Assembly (NCBI GenBank): GCA_903813345.2
Contig: CAIIXF020000001.1
Location: 26,164,001-26,228,000 of the forward strand
DNA from: Owenia fusiformis
Lineage: Eukaryota
Direction of reading: 5' to 3'
DNA: 64,000 nucleotides
Positions 1 to 13,685 of the stretch are shown piece by piece. Both the position numbers and the translations under genes were made by a program. Below the pieces are notes generated by a model. That model was given only the letters and a program-made list of their open reading frames with translations, was not told the DNA's origin and did no database searches. Position 1 is the first letter of the stretch. Every line of letters starts with the position of its first letter.

Positions 1-744
1 AGAATGGTAATAGATGGGTTTGATACAAGACGAGAGAGAATGGTCATAGATGGGTTTGATGTAAGACTAGAGAGAATGGTAATAGATGGGTTTGATGTAA
101 GGCTAGAGAGAATGGTAATAGATGGGTTTTATGTAAGCCTAGAGAGAATGGTAATAGATGGGTTTGATACAAGACGAGAGAGAATGGTAATAGATGGGTT
201 TGATGTAAGACTAGAGAGAATGGTAATAGATGGGTTTGATGTAAGCTTAGAGAGAATGGTAATAGATGGGTTTGATACAAGATGAGAGAGAATGGTAATA
301 GATGGGTTTTATGTAAGCCTAGAGAGAATGGTAATAGATGGGTTTGATACAAGACGAGAGAGAATGGTCATAGATGGGTTTGATGTAAGACTAGAGAGAA
401 TGGTAATAGATGGGTTTGATGTAAGCTTAGAGAGAATGGTAATAGATGGGTTTGATACAAGATGAGAGAGAATGGTAATAGATGGGTTTGATGTAAGACT
501 AGAGAGAATGGTAATAGATGGGTTTGATGTAAGACAAGAGAGAATGGTAATAGATGGGTTTGATGTAAGACTAGAGAGAATAGTAATAGATGGGTTTGAT
601 GTAAGACTAGAGAGAATGGTAATAGATGGGTTTGATGTAAGCTTAGACAGAATGGTAATAGATGGGTTTGATACAAGATGAGAGAGAATGGTAATAGATG
701 GGTTTGATACAAGACGAGAGAGAATGGTAATAGATGGGTTTGAT
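1..744. repeat. 36-bp minisatellite, ~20.6 copies, truncated by the left window edge
   Basis: Unit AGAATGGTAATAGATGGGTTTGAT(G/A)(T/C)AAGAC(T/G)AGAG repeated head to tail. Positions 121-300 and 301-480 are almost identical (180-bp, 5-unit higher-order repeat). This explains the repetitive ORFs at 4-872. Confidence 0.97.
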
Positions 745-1989
745 ATGGATCCTTGAAACGTTTTTTTCTCGCCACACCCCTTCCCTTCGGACAGGCTTGG
801 ATTTTGAGCTCGGATGGGGCGATGTGTTGGTTTGCACAAGCCCCACAAACTCTCTCTATACCCATGCTGCATATGGTTGGGGGTTATATTTCAGTAGTTG
901 AGGTGGCTCGCTTTACAAACCCCTCTTGTACAAGCTAAGGAGTGTCTGATGTCCACACAACATTACCATTTTGGTGCACCTTTATTGATCCTTAAGCTAC
1001 TGTAGCCTCCTCCGAGGCCACCTCTGTATTCTAGAGACTTGAGTTACTGTAAAGTAGTGCTCTCCCCCCATTAGAATCACCGAGGCACAACATCTAAAGC
1101 ACTAAAATGCTCCTCTATTCAATTGCAGGTGCAGTGAGGCAATTGTTTCTACCAAGGAGGCAAATGTTTTCAATGAGGCAAATATCATTGTTGAGGCAAG
1201 GCTGCAAGGGGGGTGCAGCAAAACCTGTAGGGAGCCCTCGTGTTACGGCCATGTCCCATTTGATCATGGAGATATGCTTTTATGATTTCAGTGATTTCTA
1301 CAGGATTGTTTCTCAAGTGGGTGCAAAATTCTCAAAATATGTCATTTTTTCATAATTTTTCTCATTTTCAAGTGGGTGCAAATCACTTTTCAGGTGGGTG
1401 CAAGCCTTTTTTCAAAATCTCAAGTGGGTGCTGCACCCACTTGCTTTAATACTGGGGAGAACACTCTATTTGATGGAACTATCAGCTGTGTTTTCAGTCT
1501 TTTTTATTTTATGGGTAGGGGTGAGTTAAGATTAGAGTATCCTCCCTTTCTTCAAGCCAATCTTCCTATTTTAATTAAATCTAGGAGATCATTTCTTCAT
1601 CATCCTCGGTAAGACACTCTTTATGGAATGAGTTGGAATTTTTACCGAAACAATGTGGAAGAAACTACAGCAGTAAAAGACAACCTGTTGACAAGAAGGC
1701 TGACACTGCACGCAGAGAGGCTGCTACATGGATTTTACTGCCCTTTGTGGCTTCTGCCCATTGTGCAATGACAGTAAGTACATGTATTGAAGCCACTTCT
1801 TTTCTGCACTGATTTGTTGCTGTTGTTCTGTTTATTGATTTCAGCTTGAAATTATAATGGAAGATAACAAAAATACATCCTTATTTTCAAGAATAAAATA
1901 AGCTACCATATGTACTTTGTAGATGTCTAGCAAAACATGCTCATGTCATATATAACATGGGACGGTTACAAGGAATAATGATAGTATGC

Positions 1990-2193
1990 AGTGATCTCCC
2001 CAGCATTAAGCAAGTGGGCGCAGCACCCACCTGAGAATGGATTTTGGAAATAGGGTTGCACCCACCTCAAAATCCATTGCACCCACTTGAAAATGAGAAA
2101 GATGAAAAATGGGCATATTTTGACCAATTTTGGTTTGAACTGTGAAAATGAGAATGTTGCGCCCACTTGAGAAAAAATCCTGTGGAGATCACT
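1990..2193. mobile_element. Short non-autonomous DNA element (MITE), with an inverted relative at ~1290-1466
   Basis: Terminal inverted repeats CAGTGATCTCC...GGAGATCACTG and internal CAAGTGGGTGCA/GCACCCACTTG motifs shared with 1290-1466 in the opposite orientation. Confidence 0.6.
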
Positions 2194-3682
2194 GTTATGT
2201 TCTGTTCTCATAATTGCTGGGTTTAGAAACCAAATATATTATGTACATAGTGCTATGTATAGGTGCACTATAGTGATTTTATTTTAATACTCAAAATTGA
2301 ATAATTTTCCTCTAATGTTTACTTAACTTTATAGTCATTTTCCCAATTACAATATTTTGGCCTGGTATCCACTAGTCAGCTTTGTGTATGTGTTTACTAT
2401 TAGAAATAAATTATGAATAGGCTGAATGGACCAAATAATCAAAATAATATTGACATATTTTTCTAGATTAATGTTGGTGCCAGGTGTCCTGATCTAAGAA
2501 TGCACCAAGATGTCGTTAAGATACAAGACACTGGAGGTAATAATCATTACCCAGTTTCAACCATAGCAGAAGGCCCATGGTGAAGATATTTATGTTTACT
2601 AAGAGATGAACCCACTGGAAAATTATGTAAGTATGAATTATACATATTATGACAACAATTCTGATGGAAGTCTCGCATATTTTAGAAAATTTTCTTAATC
2701 AGTAGACCTACATATTTTCGACTTGAAATATAGCATTTGAGAATTATTCCATATTGAAAATAGTGCCAACGAAGCAGACAAACTCTTGAAAGGGTAAAGA
2801 CAGGATTTTTAGTTCTAAAAATTATTTTCCCTAGGATTTCTATTATGTTATGTAATGTTATTCATTGCTTTGTATAATTCTTGCTGTATCATTACAACAA
2901 TATTTCTTATGAACTTTTGCATAGTTGGACAATTTTCTGAATCAGTAAATATTTTCAAAATGACATTTGTAGTCAATAAGTTCAGAATAACAGGATCGTT
3001 TCTAACTTGATGTAATAGCATAGGTTGGGTTTTGTTATCCATTTCAAGTTGTTGATTTTCCCTTGGATATATTGATAAATGTTTAACTTTTAGGAAAACA
3101 AAAATAGTGAACAAAAGAACTTAAACTTGAAGTAGTCTCCTGGCACCATGTTTCCTTCCCTCAAGCAGAACTTAAAATTACAGTCCAAAATATATCCATA
3201 TTCCATGCATATTGAATTATTTATAAAGACTGGTCTTCATTTATACATGTCTCAACATATTTCAGCCATATTATAGCCATATTATAGCCACTGTTTTCTT
3301 GGTATTCAGCATCTGTAACAAATTGTTACGCTTTTGTAAATAGTAACTGGTTGTGAAATTTTCATTTTTTTCATGTAAACACCATGTTACAAATTAGGAA
3401 TCTTCTGCCCTCATATTGAATAAGAGTTATTTTACTGGCACCAAAATTTCAATTTTGGCCCTGTCATGTGAACAATATTTGGCATTTAGCCTAATTAGGT
3501 AAAAGAACTCATATTGTTCCCTTTTTGCTTTTCTTTAAAAAAATCTAGACAAGTCCAAAGTGGAAAGAAACCACAAACATGAATTTTAAATCTGGCTTCT
3601 CCATGCGTAATTTTTTCAAGACAGTGTCATCACTTTCAGTTTTTCAGTGTTCCCTCATTATTAATGCAGTAAAACCTGTGTA

Positions 3683-4265
3683 CAAGGGTTGTTCAAAAAG
3701 TTTTGCACAAATATATCTAATTTTGAAAATAATGAACCAATCTTGTTCATATTTGGTAGGTATGTACCCCCATTCCCTTACACTGCCAAGTTTTCATGTA
3801 TGTATGACTATTACTTAGCATTTTACGGTTACTATGGTAACCAAGGTTCATATCATTTTGTAAAATGAAAACCAGTAATATATAAAGCCCAATATCACAA
3901 CACATGTCCAAATTTAATTACATAAGCTATCAACTTACGTCTAAGCAACATCTAGTATTGTTCTTATGACAACAGTGGTAACATATTAACCTGACTAACT
4001 GTTCAAAGAACAAAGATTGGCCAAGCAATTTTAGCCTTTCAAGGCATTCACAAAATAAATTCAATTTAATAATGTCATATGGACCATGGGACCATTGGTT
4101 CAAATTTTAAAGTCAATATATCTCAGGAAGTACATTGTGTATGGTCCTGAAATTTAGATATGAATGTAAGATAGGTGAGACTATACCCGTTGGGAATTTT
4201 ATGTAAAAATTATAAAATCTCTTCTCTTGAGAAGCTTTCGTGCAAAACTTTTTGAACGACCCTTG
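3683..4265. mobile_element. Mariner-like MITE with TA target duplication, nested in a pogo/Tigger-like MITE (3667-4411)
   Basis: TA|CAAGGGTTGTTCAAAAAGTTTTGCAC...GTGCAAAACTTTTTGAACGACCCTTG|TA. Removing it rejoins CAGTAAAACCTGTG-TA-TATTGAACAC, matching the uninterrupted family member at ~12018. Confidence 0.8.
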
Positions 4266-7200
4266 TATATTGAACACTTTTTTGATGAGAAAAACTGTTC
4301 AGTGTTTGGAGATGTTCACTTAAGAGGATGATTTTTAGAGAAGTCAGGAGAGTATGTGCAGAGGAACAGTGTCTTCACTGGAGACGGGTCTTCACTAAGT
4401 CAGGTTTTATTGTATACCTCGTTATTCACATTGCTAATATATCGGGCAATGTATCAACTGGTGTTTCGAAATATATTCCTACAGAATTACAAAAACAGGC
4501 TTAGATTAAATAGTTCTGATCCCATGATATTTATTGGTCTGCCTTTAACAGTTCTAATGATTCTTTTCAGTCAAAGTGGGAACTGCTATGGAACAAGATA
4601 CAACTTAAAAAAGAATAGAAATGGTTTTGACAATGGTAAGTGGATTTTTACTATTTTAACAAAAAATAAAAAATGTGTTTGAACTTAACATTGAATTGAA
4701 TTCAAACATTCCAAATAATGTTTGAATTACTACCTGTAACCTCATTTTCTTTTGTAGTTTTATTTTAAAGAACTTTATTACGGCTATTACACTGAAACAT
4801 ATTACTCTAAAAAAGTTATGATGTGCTACTGAATAACTATGTCAATGGAAGTGTGTACCAAATGCAAACTTTCTTAATAGCTACATAAACATTCTATTTG
4901 TTCACTTGTTTGAAGCGTAAATATTGTTAGGTGGTTAGGGCCCAGCTACTGGGTGGAAGAGGTTAACTCCCAGGATTCATCACTTCAAATTAAAAAGTAC
5001 AAAGGTGTTTTTATTTACAAGTCATTTGTTTGCATTTTTGAAGCAAAGTAAATATGTTATGAACTGCACTATTAACCACAGGGCATCATTGACATTTCAC
5101 TGATATGTACAGTTGTTTAGATGGTTAGTTTAAAGTTTAAACATATCCAACAATGAACAAGTTTTGATTGAATTTTAATGAACCATTCGCATTAGGCTGG
5201 AATCTGTACATTTGGCTTTACTTTGAGGCTATAGGTCTATCAACAGGAGTGTGTTGACATAATAGTTGAGTGGGGGCGATGGGGGGATATTGGAGATGCG
5301 TACCCTTTGGGAGACATTATTGCGTCTCCTTGTCTGCCTCAAAAAACAAGAAATTAATTTTCATTTTTGTTGATTGTAAGGTCATTAATTCAAATTATTT
5401 ATTTAGTTATCCACATTTCATTTCTATTTGGATTATGGGTTTGGTCACCCTCCTTTGTTTTGGGCAGATATTCAAGGGTGTGATGGTTTACCCAGCCACT
5501 TTCCCAAGTAAATCAAGGCTAAGAATGTATCACGTTTTTCAAGGAGTATAACTAAATTGTAGGATTTCATGATTGGAGAACAACATATGACATATGGCAC
5601 CAAATATGTTGTTATTCATGAGTTGACAGTGTGCCAGACATAAACAATGCTCAATTATAAGCTACCAGGTTACCACTGCAGAATAGCATGCAGTGACAAC
5701 TTACAATTTCAGGAATAAAATATCTAACAATCTGACAATTCTAGCTGAATACTACTTTGGAGGATTATTTCCATTACTGGCTTCAGTTGTCATGAGCTAT
5801 GAATAAAACATGTACTGATGACACTCAATTTTTATGAGATAATTATTATTGATAAAATGAGAAGACTGAATGAGAGGACTGGATGTTTTAAACTTTAATT
5901 CTGGTAGATTACAAATGATGCATAAATCTAAAGGGAGCATAACAAATTTAACACAGGTTTGTGAATTTAATTCTTGTTTATTTCATAATAAATCGTATTT
6001 TTGTGCCATATAATTTATCTACCAGCTTCTACTGGCTAATTCGGGTCAAATAATATGGCAGATATAGGGAAAAGTTCCTCTAAGCTTCAATATTTAGTTG
6101 ATTTTCATATGATAATTATAAAATTGATAATATATTCAGTAATTACTAAAAGAAAATATCATCTGGCCAAGATATTTCACTTTCATGATTTTTAACATGG
6201 ACTCTATGGGGACCTACAAAAGTCACATTTTCAAAAGGAAACTGAAATTTCAAAGTTGACAAACACAATTTAAAACCACATTTTTAGAGATGTAATTATA
6301 CATGGAGATTTCAAATATCACATCACTTTGACAGAATTTTGAATATTTAACAACAAAAATCAAGATTATTTGTTCAGTACTTGCATCTAGTCTTTTGATG
6401 ATTTGAGGGATCTGGTAGGGTCCAGGTCTTGGTTTGTTTTCTGTTTCGGTAGTGTGATAAACCTTCAGCATTCTTATTGCATTAACTTTGTTTTTTTTTG
6501 CTTTTTTTGTTTTTTTCATAGATTCATTTGTTGTTTTGTCAAAGTAACATTCTGAAGTAAAGTTCAAATTACCACTAAGGCTCTGGCAGTGGAGGAAGAG
6601 CACTTGTTGATTGCAAACAATTGTTTTAGATTGTCATTGGTGTGATGAGTACATACAGCTTTAACTCAGAGGAATTCTGTGTTATTTCCCTTTGAATGTG
6701 TTTCAACTTTACATAAATTCATAATTTCATGGGTTTCTTAATTGTGTGTTTTGTTGATTATTGAATTGCTTATGACATACAGTAAACATTTTGATATAAA
6801 ATTTGATGCACATTTTAAACATATGTGTGAGACACTACAAATTAGCATCATTGTACAGTGTTTAAAAAACTAAAATGATCAATCCCCATAATATATTTTT
6901 GGTTCATATTTTATTTATACTGTACTTAAGACGCATTACAATGATCATGTGTCACGCTTTCTGCTTCCAAATAGAAGCTAATGTATTGCAACTCTACATG
7001 CAAAGGTCACCTCACTCACTTTGCCAAAATTCACAATCTATCGCCATATTGGAAGTGTCAGCTTGTGAAAAGGCTTCATACATAGAGATTGTTGGATGCA
7101 TCATAGTTAAAATCATATCTTACACTGGATAGTGAGATTTTTACGGACATCGCAAAATTAAGAAATCAGGTATTAGAGGTTATCATTTATTTCTGATTCA

Positions 7201-9737
7201 AACTTTTACATTGAAACAAATACACTTTACAATAATACTTTTCATTACTTCATAATAAATAAAATAATTTCACATTAGATAGTGTCAAGCTGTATAAATT
7301 TATATATTGAGTACACCTATATAATATTATATAAATACATTATGGTATACATGATGTAAATTAACATTTGTTTGGAGCATATCGTTAATTCGAATTTCAT
7401 TTTTATATTAGCTCTGTATATATGTAGAATTGAAACTTGTATCATAGTTTGAACTTTGGTATATCGATTGGTAAATCACTATATGAGGGGTATACGTTTA
7501 TTTTGTATTTGGTCTCGTTCATCTTTTCTGCAATGTTTTTAAGTTCTACATTTTAGAATTCAAAGCGACAAAAGATGTCTCTGAACTTTTATTTTAGGTA
7601 TACCAATATGAGCTGAATAAGTAATAAAATTCTACATGAATACAATGATACCACACACATACAATAATACTACACACTTACGATAATTCTACTCATATAC
7701 AATAATACCACATACAGTTATTGGATAGAATACTTTATTTAATCACGAACAGATTTCTAGAGAGATGAATTACATGTGTACATTGCCTGAGGTACTAATA
7801 TCATTTGATTGGTTTTTGTTACATAACGGATGATCGTTGTATTTTCAATTTAACTTTCATTCACAACTATTTATGCAGTAAGTATTGCAAAAATATTTAC
7901 TTTAATAAATAGCTTATGCAAATATTGGTAACATTTAATATGAATTTAAAGATTATCTATGTAACCAGTTTTCATAGACATGACATCTAAGGGTCCTTGA
8001 TCACATATGGTGATGTATTAACCAGTTTAATAAATGTTATTGATATGTCTACTAGTTTAATAAATGTTATTGATATGTCTACTACTGTATATTACGGATA
8101 TTAGGGAATATTTCAGTTCTCTGAGTTAAAAAAACAAAATATTTTGTTAAATGGAAAAATCTATTGCAAAGACTTTAAATGACCTTTTTGTAAAACATGA
8201 ACCAATTGTAGTCAGATGCTGTAGAATAAGCCTTTTTAGATCCACTCCATTTTTTAGAATCATTCCTCCAGAGGAAGGCCTATACTATGTATCTTGGACC
8301 CCATTTTGAGGGGTCAATTTTTGAATCTTCTCCCTTATTACAGAATGAGAAACATAGCAGGGATATTACGAATGAAAGAAGGTATTGCCCCCAATAGAAT
8401 GGAATATTCGTTTTATAATTAACTGTTATGCTTATTTGTACAATGTATGTTTTTACCCACCATAATATACCTTGGTTAAACATACACTGGCATGTAGCGG
8501 CCCTGATATCGATAAATTCTACACGCAATATAACCCGATTTTACACGAAAAAGCCTCGATATCCGGGCATTTACTCTTACACTGAACTGAAAATAGCATC
8601 GTCTAAACGTGTATGTGTTGGCTTCCGGGTAAGTTTATCAACATTTATACTCAATTGAAAGAGCAGTCGTGCTTATATCGTGTACCAGTTTGATTAATTT
8701 ATATGTGTGTGTATTTATAATATGATAGCCTAGTGATACCGTGTCGTTAGAACAACTGCTAGATATCGAACTGATGACCTGAAATTAGATTATTGGACTG
8801 ATCGCGCATCTGATATTAAATGATTAATTTGCATTGAATCTGATATTAACTTGCAACCCAATACCATGACTCTACATTTGAATGATAACACGGCCTCATA
8901 TTCTAATTCATTATACGTCCATTGCAGGCCAAAAATGTTTCAATGTGGATATTGTAATGCACACGAGAATACATTCGATTCGTATATTGATCATACATCA
9001 ATTGAACATAGAGATTTTCCTGTACACTTTTCCAAAACCTGTGGAATAGACTAGATGCGAGTAGAAATTATCTTGATTTATCCTATGCCAAGTTAGGTTT
9101 TAGGGAGATAAGTTGGTAAGATATATCCCGTATCCTGATTTTGAGGTTTCCATATCAAGAACCTCCATATCTCCCACCATATCTCTCGCTTCGGTGCATA
9201 TCTTCCCGCTTCGTGGCATATCTTCCCGCTTCCAAAAAAGTGGAAATGCAATAAAATGACTTTGCATATGAATGATTTGTTTATTTTTATCGCACCCTTA
9301 GGTGCTATATTGTAATCAGTTTGCCGGGCGGTTGGGCGGGCGTCCCGAATTATCTTGTCTACAGGTTTCCAGCCAAACCGTTTGAGGGATTCATTTGAAA
9401 TTCTCAGGGATGTTTCTACCAATGAAATTTTATAACTCATTTGTTTTTCGGCATTCTGGGCATATGTAAAGGTGGCCATTTTAGATTTTTCCATCCCGAA
9501 AAGTGTATTCTGTTCAAGGGTGCGATTCTGTTCACCGTGTGGCTTATTTACACCTTGTACTACTGAAAACTCTACTTGGTATAGGATAAAGCAGTTATGT
9601 ACGGTCGGTTTGGATATTGGGTTCATCCCTCGTGAGATATGCACATCTACTTTCGGTCCCTATGGTCCCTCAGGTAGATATGCATATCTACCTCTGGATA
9701 AACCCAATATCCAAAACCTCCCAGTACATAACCCTTA

Positions 9738-10761
9738 TTTATCCCATGGTTACAAGGATATAGATCGAATATCACGTGAAGATATAATTGATACGTGAAT
9801 GAAGATATCATATTTTAGCAAACAATTCCCAAATCATCGAATATCACTTTTGAAACCATCGAATATCACAATTTGAAAGGTGATATTCGATGGTTTCAAA
9901 AGTGATATTCGATGGTTTTGATTTTTTCAATTTTTTTTATTAATTCAGCAAAACGATTGTTTATATATTTTTAATTTTTTTGGATCTTGTTTTTACAGCG
10001 TTCGCATTAAATACAAACCACTCTGTTACGTCACGTATATGACGTTCGTTGAATTATCGCAATCAAAATGTCACTTATATCCACTCATGGATATCAGTAT
10101 CTTCACTCACTCGCTGCGCTCACTCGCGAAGATATCAATATCCACTCATGGATATAAGTGATATTTTTTCAAAGCCATAGGATATTCCTATATTATTCCA
10201 TAGTTAGCATGATATCCATAGGATAACATGTCAAAATAAAAACAGTATTTTTGAAATCAGTGGTAAAATATGATATTTTTGACAAATTTTCACTTAACCA
10301 TAGCATACGGTGTTTTAGCCATGACATACGGCGCCGTATGCCATGGTTTATGGATTTTTGCTACTTCAGATTCAAAACGAGGCTAAGTGTCAATATCGCC
10401 GTATCGTTTTGAAAATTCGTTTTAAATCACTTAATTCCCGACGATTCTGATGATGACTTTAACTATGGAATATAAAGAACATCCTATGATTTACTCGTGA
10501 TATGATTTTAATCCACTCATGGATGTTGATATCTGCACTCTCTCGCTACGCTCACTCGTGCAGATATCATATCCATTCGTGGATAAAAATCATATCACTC
10601 ATAAATCATAGGATATCCTCTACTTAAGATGTGATATTCGATAGTTTAAAAGTGATATTCGATAGTTTGTAAATTGTTTGCTAAAATATGATATCTTGAT
10701 CCACATATCAAATATATCATCATGTGATATTCGATCTATATCCTTGCAACCATGGGATAAA
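9738..10761. mobile_element. Foldback-type element with ~130-bp inverted arms and nested palindromes
   Basis: TTTATCCCATGGTTACAAGGATATAGATCGAATATCAC... is inverted at ...GTGATATTCGATCTATATCCTTGCAACCATGGGATAAA. Internal palindromes at ~10070-10190 and ~10480-10617 are centred on CTCGCT(G/A)CGCTCACTCG. Confidence 0.7.
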
Positions 10762-11106
10762 GCTTTACGTCCCGCTCCGAGCTACGTCATAATCGCCGCT
10801 CACATATTTGTTCATAATTTGTAACGTTCACGGAATGACTGTAAACGGCAATGGAGAAAACACAGACAATCGGGGTCTGTTTGAAGGAGCATCCACTTAA
10901 TCAATAAAAAATTCGAGAAAATAAATATGGGAATATTTGAGAGAACATTAAAATCCGCCCACGGCCAAGAAAACTGGACATGAATATTCTAAAATATTTC
11001 CACGATTTAACAATGTGAACCAGATGACCAAGATTGGTATGGGATAAACACATTATCCTATAGTCGGTTCAGGATATTGGGATTATCCCTTGGCTAATAT
11101 ATAGGG

Positions 11107-11244
11107 GTTATGCACTGGGAGCTTTTGGATACAGGGAATATCCCGAGGGATATACAATATATCTTCCTGAGGGACCGAAGGGACCAAGGGAAGATATATA
11201 TCCCTCGGGATATTCCCTGTATCCAAAACCTCCCAGTGCATAAC
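11107..11244. mobile_element. Short palindromic repeat element (relatives at 9594-9732, ~27540-27646 and 45466-45648)
   Basis: GTTATGCACTGGGAG...CTCCCAGTGCATAAC with long self-complementary arms around a GAGGGACCGAAGGGACC core. The same termini recur at the other positions. Confidence 0.75.
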
Positions 11245-12017
11245 TGTTGTATATAGTTTAGCATGATATGTACTTCTTTCTGTAACTGGAATACGATTCT
11301 AATATACAAGCAACACATACGTATTCCCGGGGAACCATAAATATTTTGTGTAGTGTGTGGACATTTTTCTGTTCATTTCTCTAAAATCAGATTATTCTCA
11401 TAAAATTCATACAAAGTTGGGCCTAAGCCTCTATTTTCGTATTCTGCATGTTAAGATATTTATAATGTAAAACCTAAGAGATAAATTCAATGTCTTCAGT
11501 TGAGAATAAGTATAAGGTAAATGTGTGAATTCTGCTTGTTGTTGCACTATTTTTATAATAAACAAGGTTCGATACACAACACTGAATAGACTGCACTCAT
11601 AGCTTAGTTGTAAAGAAAACAAAAGAAGTTGGGACGTGGTCATGCTTGAATACGATTTTAAATATATCGCTGTTTACATTTGTTGAAATCGGCCTGTATT
11701 AATTTCAACAGGTGATCGGTGTACAAGGGCATATATTTGAGTTATTGGTTTAATGATAAGTATGACCTATGAGTGGGTAATGTTTTACAAATGCATGAAA
11801 CAAATACTCCAATGGCCTAATCTCAATTTTCTTGCATAAACTATTACATTGAAATGGTGGTCATTTGCTCTCTAACTTCCGCACCGCATACGTAACTTCG
11901 TAACAATTCAATAAGCCAAGACAGGACCGCTATAATCGCTACATGCCAGTGAACATACATGTATACATTTTTTTGGCCAAATGTCACATTTTAGCATTAA
12001 CAGCATGAATTACATTT

Positions 12018-12180
12018 ACAGTCAAACTTATGTGTATTGAACATTTTTTGGCCAAGAAAGAATGTTCAGTGTTTCATAGGTGTTCACTACAGAGAGGATA
12101 ATTTATACAGATGTCAGTAGAGTATGTTTGGAGGAAAGGTGTCCACAAGAGGCAGGTGTTCACTAAGACAGGTTTTACTG
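12018..12180. mobile_element. pogo/Tigger-like MITE family (other copies ~3667-4411, 20675-20838, 21495-21652, 55360-55490)
   Basis: TA-CAGTCAAAC...CAGGTTTTACTG-TA termini and a shared internal GGTGTTCACTACAGAGAGG...AGAGTATGT motif. Confidence 0.7.
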
Positions 12181-12319
12181 TAATCTAGTTTAAGCCATTA
12201 CAAATCCTTGGATCATTTTGCAACCATAGTATTTACCTTAATTGAAACAATTTGTATTTTATTGTAGTGTCTATGGGGAATGTGACATCTGGAAGCTGAA
12301 TCTGAGATAAGTACCAGAT

Positions 12320-12389
12320 ATGGCATCTGTAGAATCCTGGGGGGCAGACAATACGACCCTTCAACACCTGAAAAATGATTCCAACTCAG
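12320..12389 (+). CDS. Candidate first coding exon A of the receptor PTP (MASVESWGADNTTLQHLKNDSNS-G, no signal peptide)
   Basis: Acceptor TTTTATTGTAG ending at 12267, in-frame TAA upstream of the ATG, and donor CAG|GTAAAC in phase 1 matching the TM exon at 14211. Two N-glycosylation sequons (NTT, NDS). Confidence 0.45.
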
Positions 12390-13588
12390 GTAAACCATTC
12401 ATAAAATAACTCAATTTTCTTTCAGTGTCCTTGGATTAGTGATCTATTAAAAACTTGACATTTGATTCTTTGATTATTGGTAAATGGGACCCTCGCAAAA
12501 AAGTTCAAATTACCCCTTACCATATTTTTCCTCTTCAGCTAATATATTGATATGGCAGATTAAAAAATAAATAGTTGAACATTAGATATGCACAGGAAAT
12601 CCTATGTATTTGTCAAAATATCAGCTTTAACTGTCCTTAATAAACTAGCCTTATATTCATTTGTTTTGTTAAACTTTTGAAAAGGGAAGACAAATATTGA
12701 GTTGCATCATAAGCCATTTAATCCAACATACACAGAGTGCTCAAAGATTACTGCATTCAGTAAATCTAAATCTCTAAAAATTGATATCACAATTTCTATA
12801 GATGAAGAGCCATTTCCTTCCTCGCTCCTTTATCGATTCACAATTCAATTTTCTGAGCTCAATTTCAGTGCCAATCATGTGTTAAATTGTCATAAGTTGT
12901 ATTGAATTTAACCTACCCTGATCTCATTAGCTAGAACACTACCCTCTTAATAAGACCAATTATTTTGCAGTTTTTCATTTAACCAATCAGACTAAACTTT
13001 TTAACTAAAAGACTCATTAATATTTTATTTTTCATTCATTTAGAATCAATGGAAATGATTTAGAGAATAATTATAGGGGATGACATGCTTTGATTGGCTC
13101 AGCTATTGCAGAGCTTATTTTGTAGTTAAAAGAGTGTAGATTTGATGACTGTTGTAAAGGGTACATTAGCCCCTACCCCATTAGTTGTAGGAGGGTTATT
13201 GACTTGGCTAAGGGTCAAGTTCTGGCTGACCGGAAAGATCATGTCCGATAGAGAATGTTCCTAGGATAGAGATAGAGCATTAAAATGATACACATTATGT
13301 AAAAAAATGAAGAAAAACTCTGACCGCATACAATTATGTTTGAGATTAAAATGGAATTGTTTATTTAAAATGCGGTTATTAAACAATCAAATGCTTGGCT
13401 GACACAAAAGAATTATGCAAGAAAGAAAAATATTTTAAAAATAACTATAAAAATGGAATTTTTTTAAAATTGACATGTAAAAGAATTTTAATACATTGCT
13501 TTGACATAATATGCATAATATTCCTATATATGGATTAAAAGAGTAGTTCAAGATGGTTTCATGAGATTTAAAAAGGAGCAAATAAAGA

Positions 13589-13685
13589 ATGGCAGGATGT
13601 ATGTCTTTGACTCTGGCATTAATGATAGCACTCACAGCACTATGTCAGTTAACATTCATGCTTTGGCTTCTCATTGACAATTCTG
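13589..13685 (+). CDS. Candidate first coding exon B of the receptor PTP (signal-peptide-like MAGCMSLTLALMIALTALCQLTFMLWLLIDNS-G)
   Basis: ATG preceded by an in-frame TAA, a strongly hydrophobic frame, and donor CTG|GTAAGC in phase 1 matching exon 14211. Confidence 0.5.

Larger units (their letters stand above)
8485..11951. mobile_element. ~3.5-kb degenerate DNA transposon with 15-bp TIRs and a 6-bp flanking direct repeat, filled with nested palindromic elements
   Basis: AACATA|CACTGGCATGTAGCG...CGCTACATGCCAGTG|AACATA. Contains a C2H2-like fragment (MFQCGYCNAHENTFDSYIDHTSIEH, from ~8935). No intact transposase seen. Confidence 0.6.

Noticed and set aside
4-872. Repetitive ORFs on both strands (MVIDGFD..., SNPSITIL...)
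   Set aside because: By-products of a 36-bp minisatellite that is open in several frames; no coding signature.
8024-8083. 30-bp direct duplication (and a ~21-bp repeat at 51335-51480)
   Set aside because: Ordinary short tandem duplications with no link to splice sites or genes.
9093-9798. ORFs of 183 aa (-) and 108 aa (+)
   Set aside because: They cross boundaries of nested palindromic repeats and show no recognisable domain.
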